In this document: positions 42,112 through 54,700 of the stretch, piece after piece
Layout of the letters: the number at the start of each line of letters is the position of its first letter
Position numbering within the stretch: position 1 is the first letter of the stretch
Assembly: GCA_964016885.1 (NCBI GenBank)
Contig: OZ024741.1
Location: 349,122,001 to 349,186,000, forward strand
Origin: Eledone cirrhosa
Lineage: Eukaryota
Direction: 5' to 3'
Length of the DNA stretch: 64,000 nucleotides
Position numbers and translations under genes: made by a program
The notes under the pieces: model-generated
The model's database searches: none
What the model saw: the letters and a program-made list of their open reading frames with translations, nothing else
Told to the model about the DNA's origin: nothing

Positions 42112-45100
42112 AATCACCGGGGGTGATGAAATCACCGGTGGTTATGTAACCATACATTCACCAATCCTCGATAAGAGTGTTTAAATGTCGAACCTAAACA
42201 GTTCGAATAACGGTGAAGTGGAGACTGGAATGTCATGTGACAGATTCTCACCCAGCAGGTGCTCCCTGGCTCAGCAGCAGGGACCTGGCTGTCAACCAAA
42301 TACTGCTGGTGTCGGAGGAAGAAGAAGAAGGAAAGGGACCAGAACCAACTGGACGAAAGAATTGAATAGAACTGTTATGCAATGTTACCTGAAGAGTAAC
42401 CCCAAGGAGAAAGGCTATAGGAAACGGATGCATAACATCTGGAACGAGATTGGTCTATTTAAATTAGATGAACAAAAATTGGCCGGGCAGGCTCGGGTAA
42501 TAAGAACTAATGAGTGGATAAGCGAGCTGGAACTGGAGGAACTAAGCAGAGAGATTAGGTTGGAAATGGAGAGTGGAGTATGCCAGGCAAACGAGCTAGT
42601 GGGAAATGAAGGTAAAGAAGTTGAGAAAACGGAGGAACCATCCGAAGCAGACAATGATCTGAATGCTGAAATAAATAATACCTGGAACAAAGATACGGCC
42701 ATTGAGGAGATGAATGCTGACGGGCTAGGACAAGATTTGGTTGATATCCTAAATTTAGTGGTAGATGAATTGAACAATGATAGTGGGAAACCTATGAACC
42801 TAAGATTTGTAGACAGGAAAAGGTTAAAAGAAATAACAGCTAAGGTAAACAAAGTCATTCCATACCTTGAGGCGAGGAGCCTTCACCAGTGCAACAATAT
42901 CCTCAAAGCAACAGCAAATGCGGTGAGGAAATTACTTGGCATAAAAGCGAGAGGAAACAACAAACGAGAAAGATCAGAGCCTTGGTGGAAGAAACGACTG
43001 AATGGTCATTCAGGGAAATGAGAAATGACATTGGAAAGCTTGAGTCCCTACTGAATGGGACACTAAAAAACATAGACACTAAAAATAGACTGGAAATAAA
43101 GTACAAAACTAGGAGGAAAAAGCTAAATATTATCATAGAGGAACTGAAGCAACGCATTGTAGCAAAGAGTGCAAAAATTAGGCGATACGAGAGCAGAGTC
43201 AGTCAGTATAGACAGAACAGCATGTTTGACAACAACCAGAAGATGCTGTTTGGACAGCTTGAAGGGAAAGAAAGAGGCAACGACTTGATCCCTGAGGCAG
43301 AACAAACTAAGACCTTCTGGAGAGGAATATGGGAGCAGGATGTTAAACATAATGAGTGTGGATTGAGACAGTAAAAAAGGAGATTAGTGAACAGGTACAC
43401 CAACAAACTGATTTGAGTATCACAGTTGAAACTCTTAAGGGGCAGGCCAAAAAACTAACCAACTGGAAATCACCAGGCCCAGATGGTGTGCAGGGGTATT
43501 GGATTAAAAATATAACATCCCTCCACCCGAAACTGACAACCATGTTCAATGACTGCTTGATGTCAGGTGAGGTACCAGAGTGGTTGACAAAAGGTACCAC
43601 AGTTCTGGTAATGAAAGACCGAATCAAGGGTAATGATATTACCAACTATAGACCTATCACATGTCTGTCCGTAATGTGGAAACTGTTGACAAGCCTTGTG
43701 TCTGAGGAAATCTACCATCACCTCCACACAAACAACTTGTTACCGGACGAACAGAAAGGATGCCGAAAGAAGTCCCATGGTACAAAGGACCAGTTACTTA
43801 TTGATAAGATGGTAATGAGGAATTGCAAGAGGAGACACACTGGTCTTGCCATGGGATGGATAGACTACAAAAAGGCATTTGACATGGTGTCTCATTCTTG
43901 GATCACCAAAAGCCTAGAGATCTTCAAGGTGGCAGATAACATCAGACAGTTGTTGGGCAAAAGTATGAAGTCCTGGAAAACAGAGTTAACATCAGCTGGA
44001 GAATCCTTGGGAGACATGAAGATAAGAGAGGTATCTTCCAGGGAGATAGTCTGTCCCCTCTGTTGTTTATCCTTGCCCTGATGCCCCTGACCATTATACT
44101 GCGAAAAGTGAGAGCAGGATACAAGTTGGGAAAGGGAGAGCTTACCATCAAATACCTCCTCTTCATGGACGATCTTAAGCTCTTCGGGAAGAGTGAGAAG
44201 GAGTTGGATGTGCTTTTTGACACTGTCCGTATTTTCAGCAATGATATATGTATGCAATTTGGTATTAGTAAGTGTGGTGTCCTTGTGATGAAGAGGGGTA
44301 AATTGAACAGAAGCAACGGAATCCAGGTACCAACAGGTGAGATGATAAAGGAAATTGACACTGAAGAAGGATACAAGTATGTGGGTGTTCTGGAGGCTGA
44401 TGACATCAAGAACAAAAAAAATGAAGGAATTGATAAGATCTGAATACATTCGGAGAATAAGGAGCGTATTAAAGTCACATCTAAACAGTAGGAATGCCAT
44501 AAGTGCAGTACATTCCCGAGCTGTATCTATTATTAGGTACAGTGCGGGAATTCTGAGAAGGAATGTTGCTGAACAAAAAGAAATGGATAGGAAGACTAGG
44601 AAGCTATTGACTATCTACAACATGTTCCACAAGAGGAGTGATGTCGATAGACTCTACTTAAGGAGATCTGAAGGTGAAAGAGGTCTTATCAGCATAGAGG
44701 ACTGTGTTCAGATGGAGAAAAACAACCGACACAAATACGTGACAGATAGTAAGGAGCCAATGCTCAGAACTGTACTGAAGGAGAGTACAATAGATCAGGG
44801 GATGTCCAAGGAGGAAATAACAACAAGGAGAAGGAGCAGCCTTCATGAAAAATCCCTTCATAGTACCTTCTTTGAGAAAACTGAATTCAGAGATCCACAG
44901 ACATGCAACTGGTTGAAAAGAGGAGACCTTAAAAAGGCTACAGAAGGAATGTTAATGGCTGCGCAAGAGCAGGCCCTCAAAACGAAGTGGTTGAAACACC
45001 ATATTTACAAGGAGGAGGCTAGCCCACTGTGCAGGATCTGTGGAGAGAGAGAGAGGAGACTGTGGCTCACATTGTATCCGAGTGTAAACACCTAGCCCAG

Positions 45101-45679
45101 ACTCACTATAAGGGCTGGAGACATGATGTGATGGGCAGGGTGATCCACTGGCACCTATGCAAAGTAAACAATTTACCACATTCTGAGAAGTGGTATGAGC
45201 ATAAGCCAGAGTCGGTGATAGAAAACGATCAGGTGAAGGTGCTGTGGGATTTTAGGATACAGACGGACAAGAAACTGGAACACAATAGACCTGACCTGGT
45301 GGTTTGGGACAAAGAAAAAAGATCGTGCCTGATTGTGGATGTGGCCTGCCCATTCGACACGAGAGTGCAAGAGAAGGAGAGGAGAAAATTAACCGAAACC
45401 AGGACTTAAAGTGGAAGGTAAAAAGGATTTGGAACTGCCATGAAGTTAAATTGGTCCCGATTGTCATAGGCGCACTAGGTACTATCTCAAAAAGTTTCCA
45501 GGGATGGTTAAAGAAATTGGCACCGCCACGATTTTTGGAACGCTTCAAAAGGCATGCTTGCTGGGAACAGCAAGAACCCTCCGATACGTCCTGAATATCT
45601 GAGGCTGCAGGTAGTGGCTTGATATTCATTTCAACAAACTTTCCAGCTAACTAACATCAAAGACTGAGACTCAAAGAAC
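42112..45679 (+). mobile_element. R4/Dong-clade copy E (near full length, frameshifted); 5' boundary approximate
   Basis: Myb-like N-terminus 'WTKELNRTVMQCY..GYRKRMHNIW..EQKLAGQARVI'; RT LFMDDLKLF; CCHC; RLE; (AAT)n tail at 45680-45727. Confidence 0.92.
42185..45599 (+). pseudogene. Dong-like single ORF (Myb-RT-ZnF-RLE) broken by multiple frameshifts
   Basis: Consecutive ORFs 42185-43021, 42889-43374, 43356-44081, 44063-44443, 44355-45095, 45029-45409 and 45304-45594. Confidence 0.9.
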
Positions 45680-45729
<50 letters not shown>

Positions 45730-45988
45730 TTTCGTTATTAACCACAAGGGTTTACATAAAGTAGATATTAAGGACAGTGCAGGACAATGCAGGACGGTAC
45801 AAATGGGCATTTCTGCGTGTAAAAAACAAAAACAGAGTATGTAACAAAAATAACAATGAAAATAACAATGAAAAATTCCCCAATAGGGGGGAGACTTCGG
45901 AGGGACATTTGTGGAGAAAGCCCAGTAAAAAGCCACAATGACCCTGACCACCAAGGCAAGTGCCCTCTCCCAGTTTTCCACCTTTAAT

Positions 45989-48900
45989 TTACAGATATAT
46001 ACTCAGAGTAGGCCCATTCACTCGGGCCATTCTTGCTTCTCTCACCCATCTTTCAACAAAATGCTGGGAAGAGAGCACTTCCCTCTCTACTCTGATTTTC
46101 CTTTTCAAATGAAATTTGAAAAAGTCAATCAGAGCATCACCGAAGAGGTAAGTGCTCGTCTTCAGCCCTTTCAAACGTGTCCACCATACTATCTCTTTCC
46201 CCATGGCCACCAGACAGATAAAAACTGCCTGCCCTTCCCGGCTAAAGGAGGAGGGCGGGGCAATCCTCACGATGGACTCAGATGATAGCCGGATCCGTCC
46301 TAAACGCGACAGCAGGTGTTCGACATAAACCCACAAGTCAGCAATTTTCGGACACTGGACGAGTGCGTGCAGGACGGTTTCGTCGCCCTGCGCGCATCTC
46401 GGACATGCCCGGCTGACGGCACCTCCATGCCTGTAGAGTTTATCCCGAACTGGCAAGGCTCCTCGGTAGCACTGCCAGGCCAGAGATTTCTGGAAGTTTT
46501 CCATAGGCCCTGGCCCGAAAGTTCTTCCGAAGAGATTGGCTAGTTGATTTTCGTCGACGCCTAGAGTTTCCCCAAGTACGTCGTCGCTCTTCCCCTCCAC
46601 TAATCCTCTATAGAACGCCGAGGTGGAGTTTCCACCGATCACATTGCCCGATTGGTCGAGGGCTGAAGACATTCCAGTCTCCAGGCGCTCCCTCTCGGTC
46701 TTCGCTTGACTCAGGACTGCAGCTCCGTCAAGGAAACGAGCTGGGGAAATAGGTGTCTAGCAAACGGCGACCACACCTGATCACTGTCGAGGAAGAGGTG
46801 GTGATGTCGTAGCCTGAGCGCGTGCCTGCGCATCATCAGCCACGGCATGCCCAGCCCTCCACGTAGCGGGTGTTGACAACAGATGGACCGCCTGACCATC
46901 GGAGCGCGTCCCTTCCACAAAAAGCGAAAGAGCAAACGCTCCAGCGCAGTCAGGCGAGGCTTAGGACAAGGTACGACGGTCAGGCGGTAGTAGATGACGG
47001 ACGCGATGTACGCGTTAGCCACCTCTGCTCGACCTTTCAGGGATAGCTTCCTCTCGGCCCATTTCTGGGTGAGAGAAGCCACCCTGCTCGTCACCTCGTC
47101 CCAGTTCTTGTCCGTCTGGAGGTCTGGACCGAACCAGACCCCTAACAATTTAACAGGTCCGTCCGTCCAGCGCCCGACGACGCTGTTGGACGGCATGGAC
47201 CTGCCTCTCCAGGTGCCGAGCTTCAGGCCCACTGACTTTTCCTGGTTGATCATTGCTCGTGTCACCGCTTCGTATTCTCTTAGTGTAGTGCCGATCGCCT
47301 CGATGTGTTTGGCGTTCGACACCACTACGGTGACATGGTCCGCATATGCTGACACGGATCTTCCGCAGCCTAGTTCGCGCGGGACTCCCCTCAACGTCTC
47401 CAGTTTGTGCAGTAATGGCTCGAGAGTCAATACGTACAAGAGGGACGAGAGGGGACATCCTTGGCGGACCGAGCGCATGATGTTGAACGGTTCCGACAGG
47501 TGACCGTTCACTCTCACCACAGAGCAGATGTCGCTGTGCATGGCAGCGATCCAGCCTCTGAAGACGGGCCTAAAGCCAGCCGCCCTCAGGACTGCCGCTA
47601 GGTAACGATGGTCAACCCTATCGAAAGCTTTCGACTGATCTAAATTTATCAAGGACCCACCCGTGCCAGGTTCCTTAGCTACCCTCTCTACGATGTATCG
47701 CATGAGGTGGAGGTTGTCGTGGATGGATCTGTCGGGAATGGCGCATGTCTGCGCCTCTCCCGCCAGACCACCAACGACAAGCGCCAACCTCTTTGCTAGC
47801 ACCTTGGCCAAAATCTTGAACTCTGTGTTTAGCAGAGTTATGGGCCGGAAATTATCTATGTTATCCCCCTTGTTCGGATCCTTTCTCAGCAGTGCCACCG
47901 CTCCTCGGCTCACAGAACTGGGAATTCTCCCGTTCTGTTGCCAGTTGCAGTAAACGTCTGCCAAGAGGCCTCCGAACAAGTCTGGCATCTGTACGTAAAG
48001 TTCATAGGGCAGACCATCCAAACCAGGCGATTTACCCCTTGTGCAGCCAGTCATTGCCTCCCTTACTTCAGCGGCTGTTATCGGCTTTTCGCAACACTTC
48101 GCCTCAGTGGCCGAGAGCCGCGGCAGTCCGTCGAGGTAGACACCAAAGTCCATCCCTCGACCCGGCCCACCGCTGCCCCCGAACAGCTGAGCGAAGTGTC
48201 GCTGAAAAGCTTCACACATTTGCCCGGGATCGAGTAGCATGCGCCCGCCGTGGTCCACCAAAGACCGGATCGTGGCTTTGTTGCCACAACGCGCCTCCGC
48301 CACTCGGGTCCATTGAACGGCTTTCGTCCCCTCGTGTCTGAGAGCACGCACTCTTGCTCTGACAACGCAGCCTTCGTGCTTTGCATTGAAGAATTGGTCA
48401 AGGGCCAATTTCGCCGCAAGCACGTCGGTCGCAATGCCTTTGCTAAGCGCCTCGTCTAATTTTCTAACTAGTTCTCCCTCTGCTCTATTTTTCTCTGTTG
48501 CTAAAGCCTTACTAAACCTAATCGATTCTATTCTAATCGCTCTTTTCAGAGCAAACCACCACTTGTTGTTGACGATGGCCCCCGTCAACGCCCGCTTAAC
48601 TAGTTCTCTAATCCGGTCTCTGTAGGCCTTGCGCGCTGGTAAGGACGCGTTTAGCTTCCAGTAGCCGGGTCCTCGTCTATGAAACCTATCTAAGTCAAGC
48701 ACACAGATCACGAATTTGTGGTCCGTGTAGCTGACTATCTTGAATTGTGGACAGCCTATGCTAGACCTATCTATTTCCCTACAAAATACTCTATCTAGAT
48801 ATGATCTGGATGACCCTATGCGATTTGTCCAAGTCCACATTGGCGCATTCGCGAAATCCAATCGGTACCTGTCAGACAGTTCAAAACGCCTGCGCAGGTT

Positions 48901-49398
48901 GGTGAGGCTCTTGCACCCTCCACCCCTATCCGCTAATCCCACACAGTCCCAGCGCGCATCTAAGATTCCGTTCCAGTCGCCCACTAACACTAAAGAGCGG
49001 GACGTTCCAAGAAAGGTCTCCAGACGCCGGAAGAAATCAGGCCGCCCTGCTCCTGTCGGGGCATAGACGGCCACTAGCCTGAAAGCTTGCCCGTCTCCGC
49101 TGGTCACGTCCAGCACCACCAGCTTACCCTCTGGGCCCAGGAAGATGGCCCGTATGGCGAGATCCAAACCTCTCCGAAAAAGCACAGCAACTCCTCCCCC
49201 CGATCCAGGACGGCTGGGAGATGCGTACACATCGTAGCCGCCGAAGATCGGTGCGAAGGCCCGTGCTTCGGAGATTCTGGTCTCGCTGATGGCCGCTACA
49301 TCTATGTTTAGTGACCTGAGGTCGTTGAGCAGGTGACCCTGCTTCCATGACGACCCCAAGCCACGCGCATTTATGCTGCCTATTCTGAGTGAGGTCAT
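45989..49398 (-). pseudogene. Tx1 copy F ORF2 (APE-RT-ZnF): 895 aa open, then a premature stop; YADD mutated to YADH
   Basis: ORFs 46711-49398 and 45989-46672. Confidence 0.93.
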
Positions 49399-49433
49399 GT
49401 TTAAAATAGAGTGGAAAAGATGGGAAAGACCAC

Positions 49434-51534
49434 TTACCGTACTTTTGGTAGAGGAGGGATGGTTTTTACATTCCTTTTCACTTGATCGTCTGGTGAAGGG
49501 ACCGTTGAATCGTCCCTTCGACTGGTCGTCGGCTCTTCTAAGAGAATGTCTGAATATACTCTTCGATTGATAGTTCCTCCTAGGTCCCTGAAATCACCAA
49601 CTGCGTTGGGGAATTTCGTTTTAATGTTTGTGTATTGTTTCTGTGCTATTTTTAGCAGTCTTATGTTAGTTGGCGTTTTGATTGGTGCTGGTATTATGTA
49701 GTCGTGTTGTGAAATGTCTGTGTGTTCAATTATGTAAGTCATTAGTTTCTTGTTGTGTGTATTTATTGCCGTGCATTTGTTTTTCTGGGGGTGGGGTGTG
49801 GTTCTGCTATTTTCTTGTCGTTGTTGCTGGGTGTGTGTGTTTTGTTGTTGTGTTTGCGATGTTGGTGCTTGTGGTGGTGGTGTTGAAGGTGTTGTTGGCG
49901 GTGGGGTTGTCGCCGGTGGTGATGGTGGTGCTAGTGTGGGTGGTGATGGTGTTGGTGGTGTTGCTGCTGTGGGTCTCTTTGCAGTAGACTTTTCCCTTTT
50001 CTCATTTCTTTCCTCCCTTTTCAAAGGCGACGATGCGCTGCTTCTGCGTTTGTGCCTTCTTACGACCTTTTGCCATCTCTCTCCCACCTCACACTCCATG
50101 TCTGATTCTGTGAGGTCGGGGAGGGGTACCAGCTCCACTCTTTCACTTGTTGTTGTTGGTGATGTTTGCACTGGAGTCTCTGTTGCAGCTGCATTTGGTA
50201 TTGCTGTTGTTGTTGTTAATATTTCCACTGCTGCTGCTGTTTTTTATTTCCGTGGCGTGGGTATGGGTGCCACGGACCTATCGTTCCTGGTTGTCGCTTG
50301 TCCTGTTGCTGGTAGCCGTGGAGCCGGTTTCGGAAGGAGGGGGGTTTCTCCTTTCTCAAGGTGTTTTCGTTGCAGAAGGCCCTGAGGTGAGTCTTCGATC
50401 CACAGCGAAAGCATTTCGGGCGTTTTCCCTCAACACTTATGGGCAGTTGAGTGCCGTTATCGAAGTCTATCACATCCGGGATAGCTTCGATGCACTCCTG
50501 GTTGGTTTGGATTAGCATCTCAATGGAGGTGCCGACCCAATCTTCTCTTACTTTTTTCTGTACTTGCAGTACAGTTGTTTTGTCCTCGATTTCGACGAGG
50601 ACAGACGCGGTCAGCCAAGTAGGGGCCATCCCGGGGGGACGTGGGTCAGTTTGACCCTCACAATTTTTTGCCCGCAGTAGGAGGGCACCAACACCATTTC
50701 CTCGCTCCTTAGGGTCACTACGGATTGGGCCTTTGCCTCCTGGGGTGTGGCAAAAAGTACGTCTACGGTAGCATATTTTTTTCCTCGGGTGATGTGCGTT
50801 TTCCGCTGCCACACAGACCCCAAGGCTTTTTGTATTTGAGCCTCTGTGGCTCTTTCCACCCTACGGGATTTTGTACTTACTGTACGGTACGTGACCGTAC
50901 AGTGCTGTTGGGTTTCGAAAAAATTTTCCGCTGCCTTGCAGATTGCTCGGTGTCCATTCTTTGTCACCATCTTCTTCGCTTCCTCTAATTCCTCATTTGT
51001 TATGAGGATTGTTTCCAAGTTTTTCGCAATACCTGCAAATGAGATTGGTTTTTCTTTGTTGCTGTTGTTGTTGTTGTCGTCAGAGCTGCTGTTACTTTTG
51101 TTGTTGCTGCAGGTACTACGGCTACTGCCTTCGCCGCTGTTGCTGTGGTTGTTGTTGGTGTAGCTGCTGCTAATGCTGTTGTTGTTTATGCTGCTGGTGA
51201 TGCTGTTGCGGCTGCTACTGTTGTTTTCATTGTCACTGTTGCTGTTGTTATTACGGCTGATACTGCTATTATTCCTGACGTCAGACGAATGAACTGGGTT
51301 TTCGTATTTCCCGCACACCAGTTTCGTCGCTGTCGTCGTCGTCGTGGAGAAACCTTGCACGCTTTGCACGAGACTTTTCTTTTCTTTCGTCGCTTGCGAA
51401 AGAGTAGGGAGGGAGAGAGACACATTTAAAGAAGGGAGAGAGAGAGACAATCTTCTCTCTGCTGTAGTGACGATTGAGGAAAAAGAAGACGGAATGAGTG
51501 GGAGTGACCTATGCAAATTCTTTTTCGTAGCCAT
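49434..51534 (-). pseudogene. Tx1 copy F ORF1 (CX2CX4HX4C knuckle), two frameshifts
   Basis: CFRCGSKTHLRAFC knuckle; pieces at 50611-51570, 50216-50812 and 49434-50228. Confidence 0.85.
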
Positions 51535-51765
51535 GTTGTTTTTTTTGTTAAAAATAAATATTGGGTACAAAACCCCAATAAGCAGTTATTTAACCCCGAA
51601 GGGCCAAATAACGGGCAGAAAGTCCCCTCTCACGAGGAGGAGGGTGTTTTTGTCTACAAGTTGGTCTAAGTTTTAAACAATTTACAATTGTTATAGCGTT
51701 CAAAATTTACAGTACCTTACAGAGCCGAGCCTCCGTCAACCATAGCATTCAATAATAATAATAAT

Positions 51766-54700
51766 GATTTCTTTATTAACCACAAGGGTTTACATAAAGT
51801 AGACATTAAGGACAGTGCAGGACAATACAGGACGGTACAAATGGGCATTTCTGCGTGTAAAAAAACAAAAAAAACAGAGGGTGTAACAAAAAATAACAAT
51901 GAAAAATTCCCCAATAGGGGGGAGACTTCGGAGGGACATTTGTGGAGAAAGCCCAGTAAAAAGCCACAATGACCCTGACCACCAAGGCAAGTGCCCTCTC
52001 CCAGTTTTCCACCTTTAATTTACAGATATATACTCAGAGTAGGCCCATTCACTCGGGCCATTCTTGCTTCTCTCACCCATCTTTCAACAAAATGCTGGGA
52101 AGAGAGCACTTCCCTCTCTACTCTGATTTTCCTTTTCAAATGAAATTTGAAAAAGTCAATCAGAGCATCACCGAAGAGGTAAGTGCTCGTCTTCAGCCCT
52201 TTCAAACGTGTCCACCATACTATCTCTTTCGCCATGGCCACCATACAGATAAAAACTGCCTGCCCTTCCCGGCTGAAGGAGGAGGGCGGGGCAATCCTTA
52301 CGATGGACTCAGATGATAGCCGGATCCGTCCTAAACGCGACAGCAGGTGTTCGACATAAACCCACAAGTCAGCAATTTTCGGACACTGGACGAGTGCGTG
52401 CAGGACGGTTTCGTCGCCCTGCGCGCATCTCGGACATGCCCGGCTGACGGCACCTCCATGCCTGTAGAGTTAATCCCGAACTGGCAAGGCTCCTCGGTAG
52501 CACTGCCAGGCCAGAGATTTCTGGAAGTTTTCCATAGGCCCTGGCCCGAAAGTTCTTCCGAAGAGATTGGCTAGTTGATTTTCGTCGACGCCTAGAGTTT
52601 CCCCAAGTACGTCGTCGCTCTTCCCCTCCACTAATCCTCTATAGAACGCCGAGGTGGAGTTTCCACCGATCACATTGCCCGATTGGTCGAGGGCTGTGAT
52701 CGCCTGAAGACATTCCAGTCTCCAGGCGCTTCCTCTCGGTCTTCGCTTGACCCAGGACTGCAGCTCCGTCAAGGAAACGAGCTGGGGAAATAGGTGTCTA
52801 GCAAACGGCGACCACACCTGATCACTGTCGAGGAAGAGGTGGTGATGTCGTAGCCTGAGCGCATGTCTGCGCATCATCAGCCACGGCATGCCCAGCTCTC
52901 CACATAGCGGGTGTTGACAACAGATGGACCGCCTGACCATCGGAGCGCGTCCCTTCCACAAAATGCGAAAGAGAAAACGCTCCAGGGCGGTCAGGCGGGG
53001 CTTAGGACAAGATACGACGGTCAGGCGGTAGCAGATGACAGACGCGATGTACGCGTTAGCCACCTCCGCTCGACCTTTCAGGGATAGCTTCCTCTCCTCC
53101 CATTTCTGGGTGAGAGAAGTCACCCTGCTCGACACCTCGTCCCAGTTTTTGTCCGTCTGGAGGTCCGGACCGAACCAGACCCCTAACAATTTAACAGGTC
53201 CGTCCGTCCAGCGCCCGACGACGCTGTTGGACGGCATGAACCTGTCTCTCCAGGTGCCGAGCTGCAGGCCCACTGATTTTCCTGGTTGATCATTGCTCCT
53301 GTCACCGCTTCGTATTCTCTTAGTGTAGTGCCGATCGCCTCGATCTGTTTGACGTTCGACACAACTACGGTGACATCGTCCGCATATGCTGACACGGATC
53401 TTCCGCATCCTAGTTCGCGCGGGACGTCCCGCAACGTCTCCAGTTTGTGCAGTAATGGCTCGAGAGTCAATACGTACAAGAGGGACGAGAGGGGACATCC
53501 TTGGCGGACCGAGCGCATGATGTTGAACGGTTCCGAAAGGTGACCGTTCACTCTCACCACAGAGCAGATGTCGCTGTGCATGGCAGCGATCCAGCCTCTG
53601 AAGACGGGCCTAAAGCCAGCCGCCCTCAGTACTGCCGCTAGGTAACGATGGTCGACCCTATCGAAAGCTTTCGACTGATCTAAATTGATCAAGGACCCAC
53701 CCGTGCCAGGTTCCCTAGCTACCCTCTCTACGATGTATCGAGGTGGAGGTTGTCGTGGATGGATCTGTCGGGAATGGCGCATGTCTGCGCCTCTCCCACC
53801 AGACCACCAACGACAAGCGCCAACTTCTTTGCTAGCACCTTGGCCAAAATCTTAAACTCTATGTTTAGCAGAGTTATGGGCCTGAAATATTCTATGTTAT
53901 CCTCCTTGTTCGGATCCTTTCTCAGCAGTGCCACCGCTCCTCGGCTCACAGAGCTGGGAATTCTCCCGTTCTGTTGCCAGTTGAAGTAGACGTCCGCCAA
54001 GAGGCCTCCGAACAAGTCTGGCATCTGTACGTAAAGTTCATAGGGCAGACCATCCAAACCAGGCGATTTACCCCTTGTGCAGCCAGTCATTGCCTCCCGT
54101 ACTTCAGCGGCTGTTATCGGCTTTTCGCAACACTCCGCCTCAGTGGCCGACAGTCGCGGCAGCCCGTCGAGGTAGACACTAAAGTCCATCCCTCCAATGC
54201 ATTGAAGCATGGTCAAGGGCCAAATTCGACGCAAGTACGCCTCGTCTAATTTTCTAACTAGTTCTGCCTCTGCTCTATTTTTCTCTAGTACTAAAGCCTT
54301 ACTAAACCTAATGGACTCTATTCTAATCGCTCTTTTCAGAGCAAACCACCACTTGTTGTTGACGATGGCCCCCGTCAAGCCCCGCTTAACTAGATCGCTA
54401 ATCCGGTCTCTGCAGGCCTTGCGCGCTGGTAAGGACGCGTTTAGCTTCCAGTAGCCGGGTCCTCGTCTATGAAGCCTATCTAAGTCAAGCACACAGATCA
54501 CGAATTTGTGGTCCGTGTAGCTGAATATCTTGAATTGTGGACAGCCTACGCTAGACCTATTATTTCCCTACAAAATACTCTATCTAGATATGATCTGGAT
54601 GACCCTATGCGCTTTGTCCAAGTCCACATTGGCACATTCGGGAAATCGATTCGGTACCTGTCAGACAGTTCAAAACGCCTTAGCAGGTTGGTGAGGCTCT

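Larger units (their letters stand above)
45728..51750 (-). mobile_element. Tx1-clade copy F (full length; ORF1 and 5'UTR differ from A and G), flanked by (AAT)n
   Basis: 5' end GAATGCTATGGTTGACGGAGGCTCGG abuts (AAT)5 at 51751-51765; 3' end abuts (AAT)n at 45680-45727. Confidence 0.93.

Noticed and set aside
42105-42185. HDV-like ribozyme at the 5' end of Dong copy E
   Set aside because: A nested double pseudoknot could not be built; only a short 'aaatcaccgg' duplication is visible.
46711-49398. 895-aa ORF as an active retrotransposon ORF2
   Set aside because: Catalytic YADD is YADH, and a premature TGA removes the C-terminal domain.
29178-51765. (AAT)n tracts alternating with long unique segments as a CRISPR-like array
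   Set aside because: Eukaryotic context, variable-length microsatellites, kb-sized LINE 'spacers' and no cas genes.
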